Below, piece after piece: positions 53,625 through 54,155 of a DNA stretch of 54,155 bases (position 1 is the stretch's first letter; each line of letters begins with the position of its first letter). Position numbers and translations under genes: made by a program. Source of the DNA: Eledone cirrhosa (lineage: Eukaryota); contig CAXHJY010000232.1 of assembly GCA_964016885.1 (NCBI GenBank), forward strand, positions 1 to 54,155. The letters run 5' to 3'. The notes under the pieces are model-generated. The model did not search any database. It saw only the letters and a list, made by a program, of their open reading frames with translations, and was not told the origin of the DNA.

Positions 53625-54100
53625 TTCATACTCCAGCAGAATCTTCCACAACAAGTCGCATGGAACACAGTCATATGCCTTTTCAAGGTCAACAAAACAA
53701 GCATGCACCTCTTAGCAATACTCCCACAATTTTTTGAAGACCTGCTGCAGTGTGAATATTTTATTGGCTGTGCTGTGTCTGGGACGAAAACCTCACTGTT
53801 CATCAGCTAGCTTGGAGTTGACAATCTCCCTGCATCTCTTTGCTCGACACTTAGCATAGACTTTACTGGAGAGGCTTAACAAGGAAATCCCCTTGTAATT
53901 GGAACAATCTCTCTTGTCTCCCTTTTTGAAAATTGGGATTATCACTCCCGATAGCCATTGCTTAGGTGCCTTTCCAGAGATCCAGGCCACCTGGCATACA
54001 TGAATCAGCTAGAGAATACCTCCTCTATTTAAGTCTTTTAACATCTTAGGCTGAATTTAATCTTCCACAGAGACCTTGCCTTATTTGAACTTCAGCTTTG
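53625..54100 (-). mobile_element. RTE-like RT fragment (same family as 21188-21655)
   Basis: IIPIFKKGDKRDCSNYKGISLLS, EQ*GFRP, CFVDLEKAYDCVP. Confidence 0.85.
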
Positions 54101-54155
54101 TCATAAGAAGAAGGGAGCTATATGTAAAAGCCAAACTTGTTATTTTCAAATTGGT

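Overview
AT-rich, repeat-dense animal genomic DNA. The SINE and RTE tails resemble those I recognise from octopod cephalopods; this is an inference, not a database result. The backbone is one minus-strand host gene. I reconstructed 8 phase-consistent GT-AG exons by hand (53318 down to 15388, about 836 codons in the window, 5' part outside it), most like the central-to-C-terminal part of a NO VEIN (NOV)-like protein. It stops early, and a remnant of coding-like sequence follows the stop. The introns and downstream DNA hold an apparently intact 5' half of a CR1/L2-group LINE with an unusual Myb/SANT + polyQ + 2x CCCH ORF1 and an AUG-less ORF2 overlapping in the -1 frame. They also hold two Naiad-type Penelope-like elements with hammerhead ribozyme motifs, three Dong/R4-like RT fragments next to (TAA)n, and RTE LINEs (one with a PHD finger, one with a twin-priming-type inversion). 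Smaller elements include a maT/mariner fragment, MITE/foldback elements, tRNA-derived SINEs and several minisatellites. A 17.6-kb intronic array of a palindromic 50-bp satellite shows nested higher-order duplications. I found no CRISPR, rRNA or true tRNA genes.
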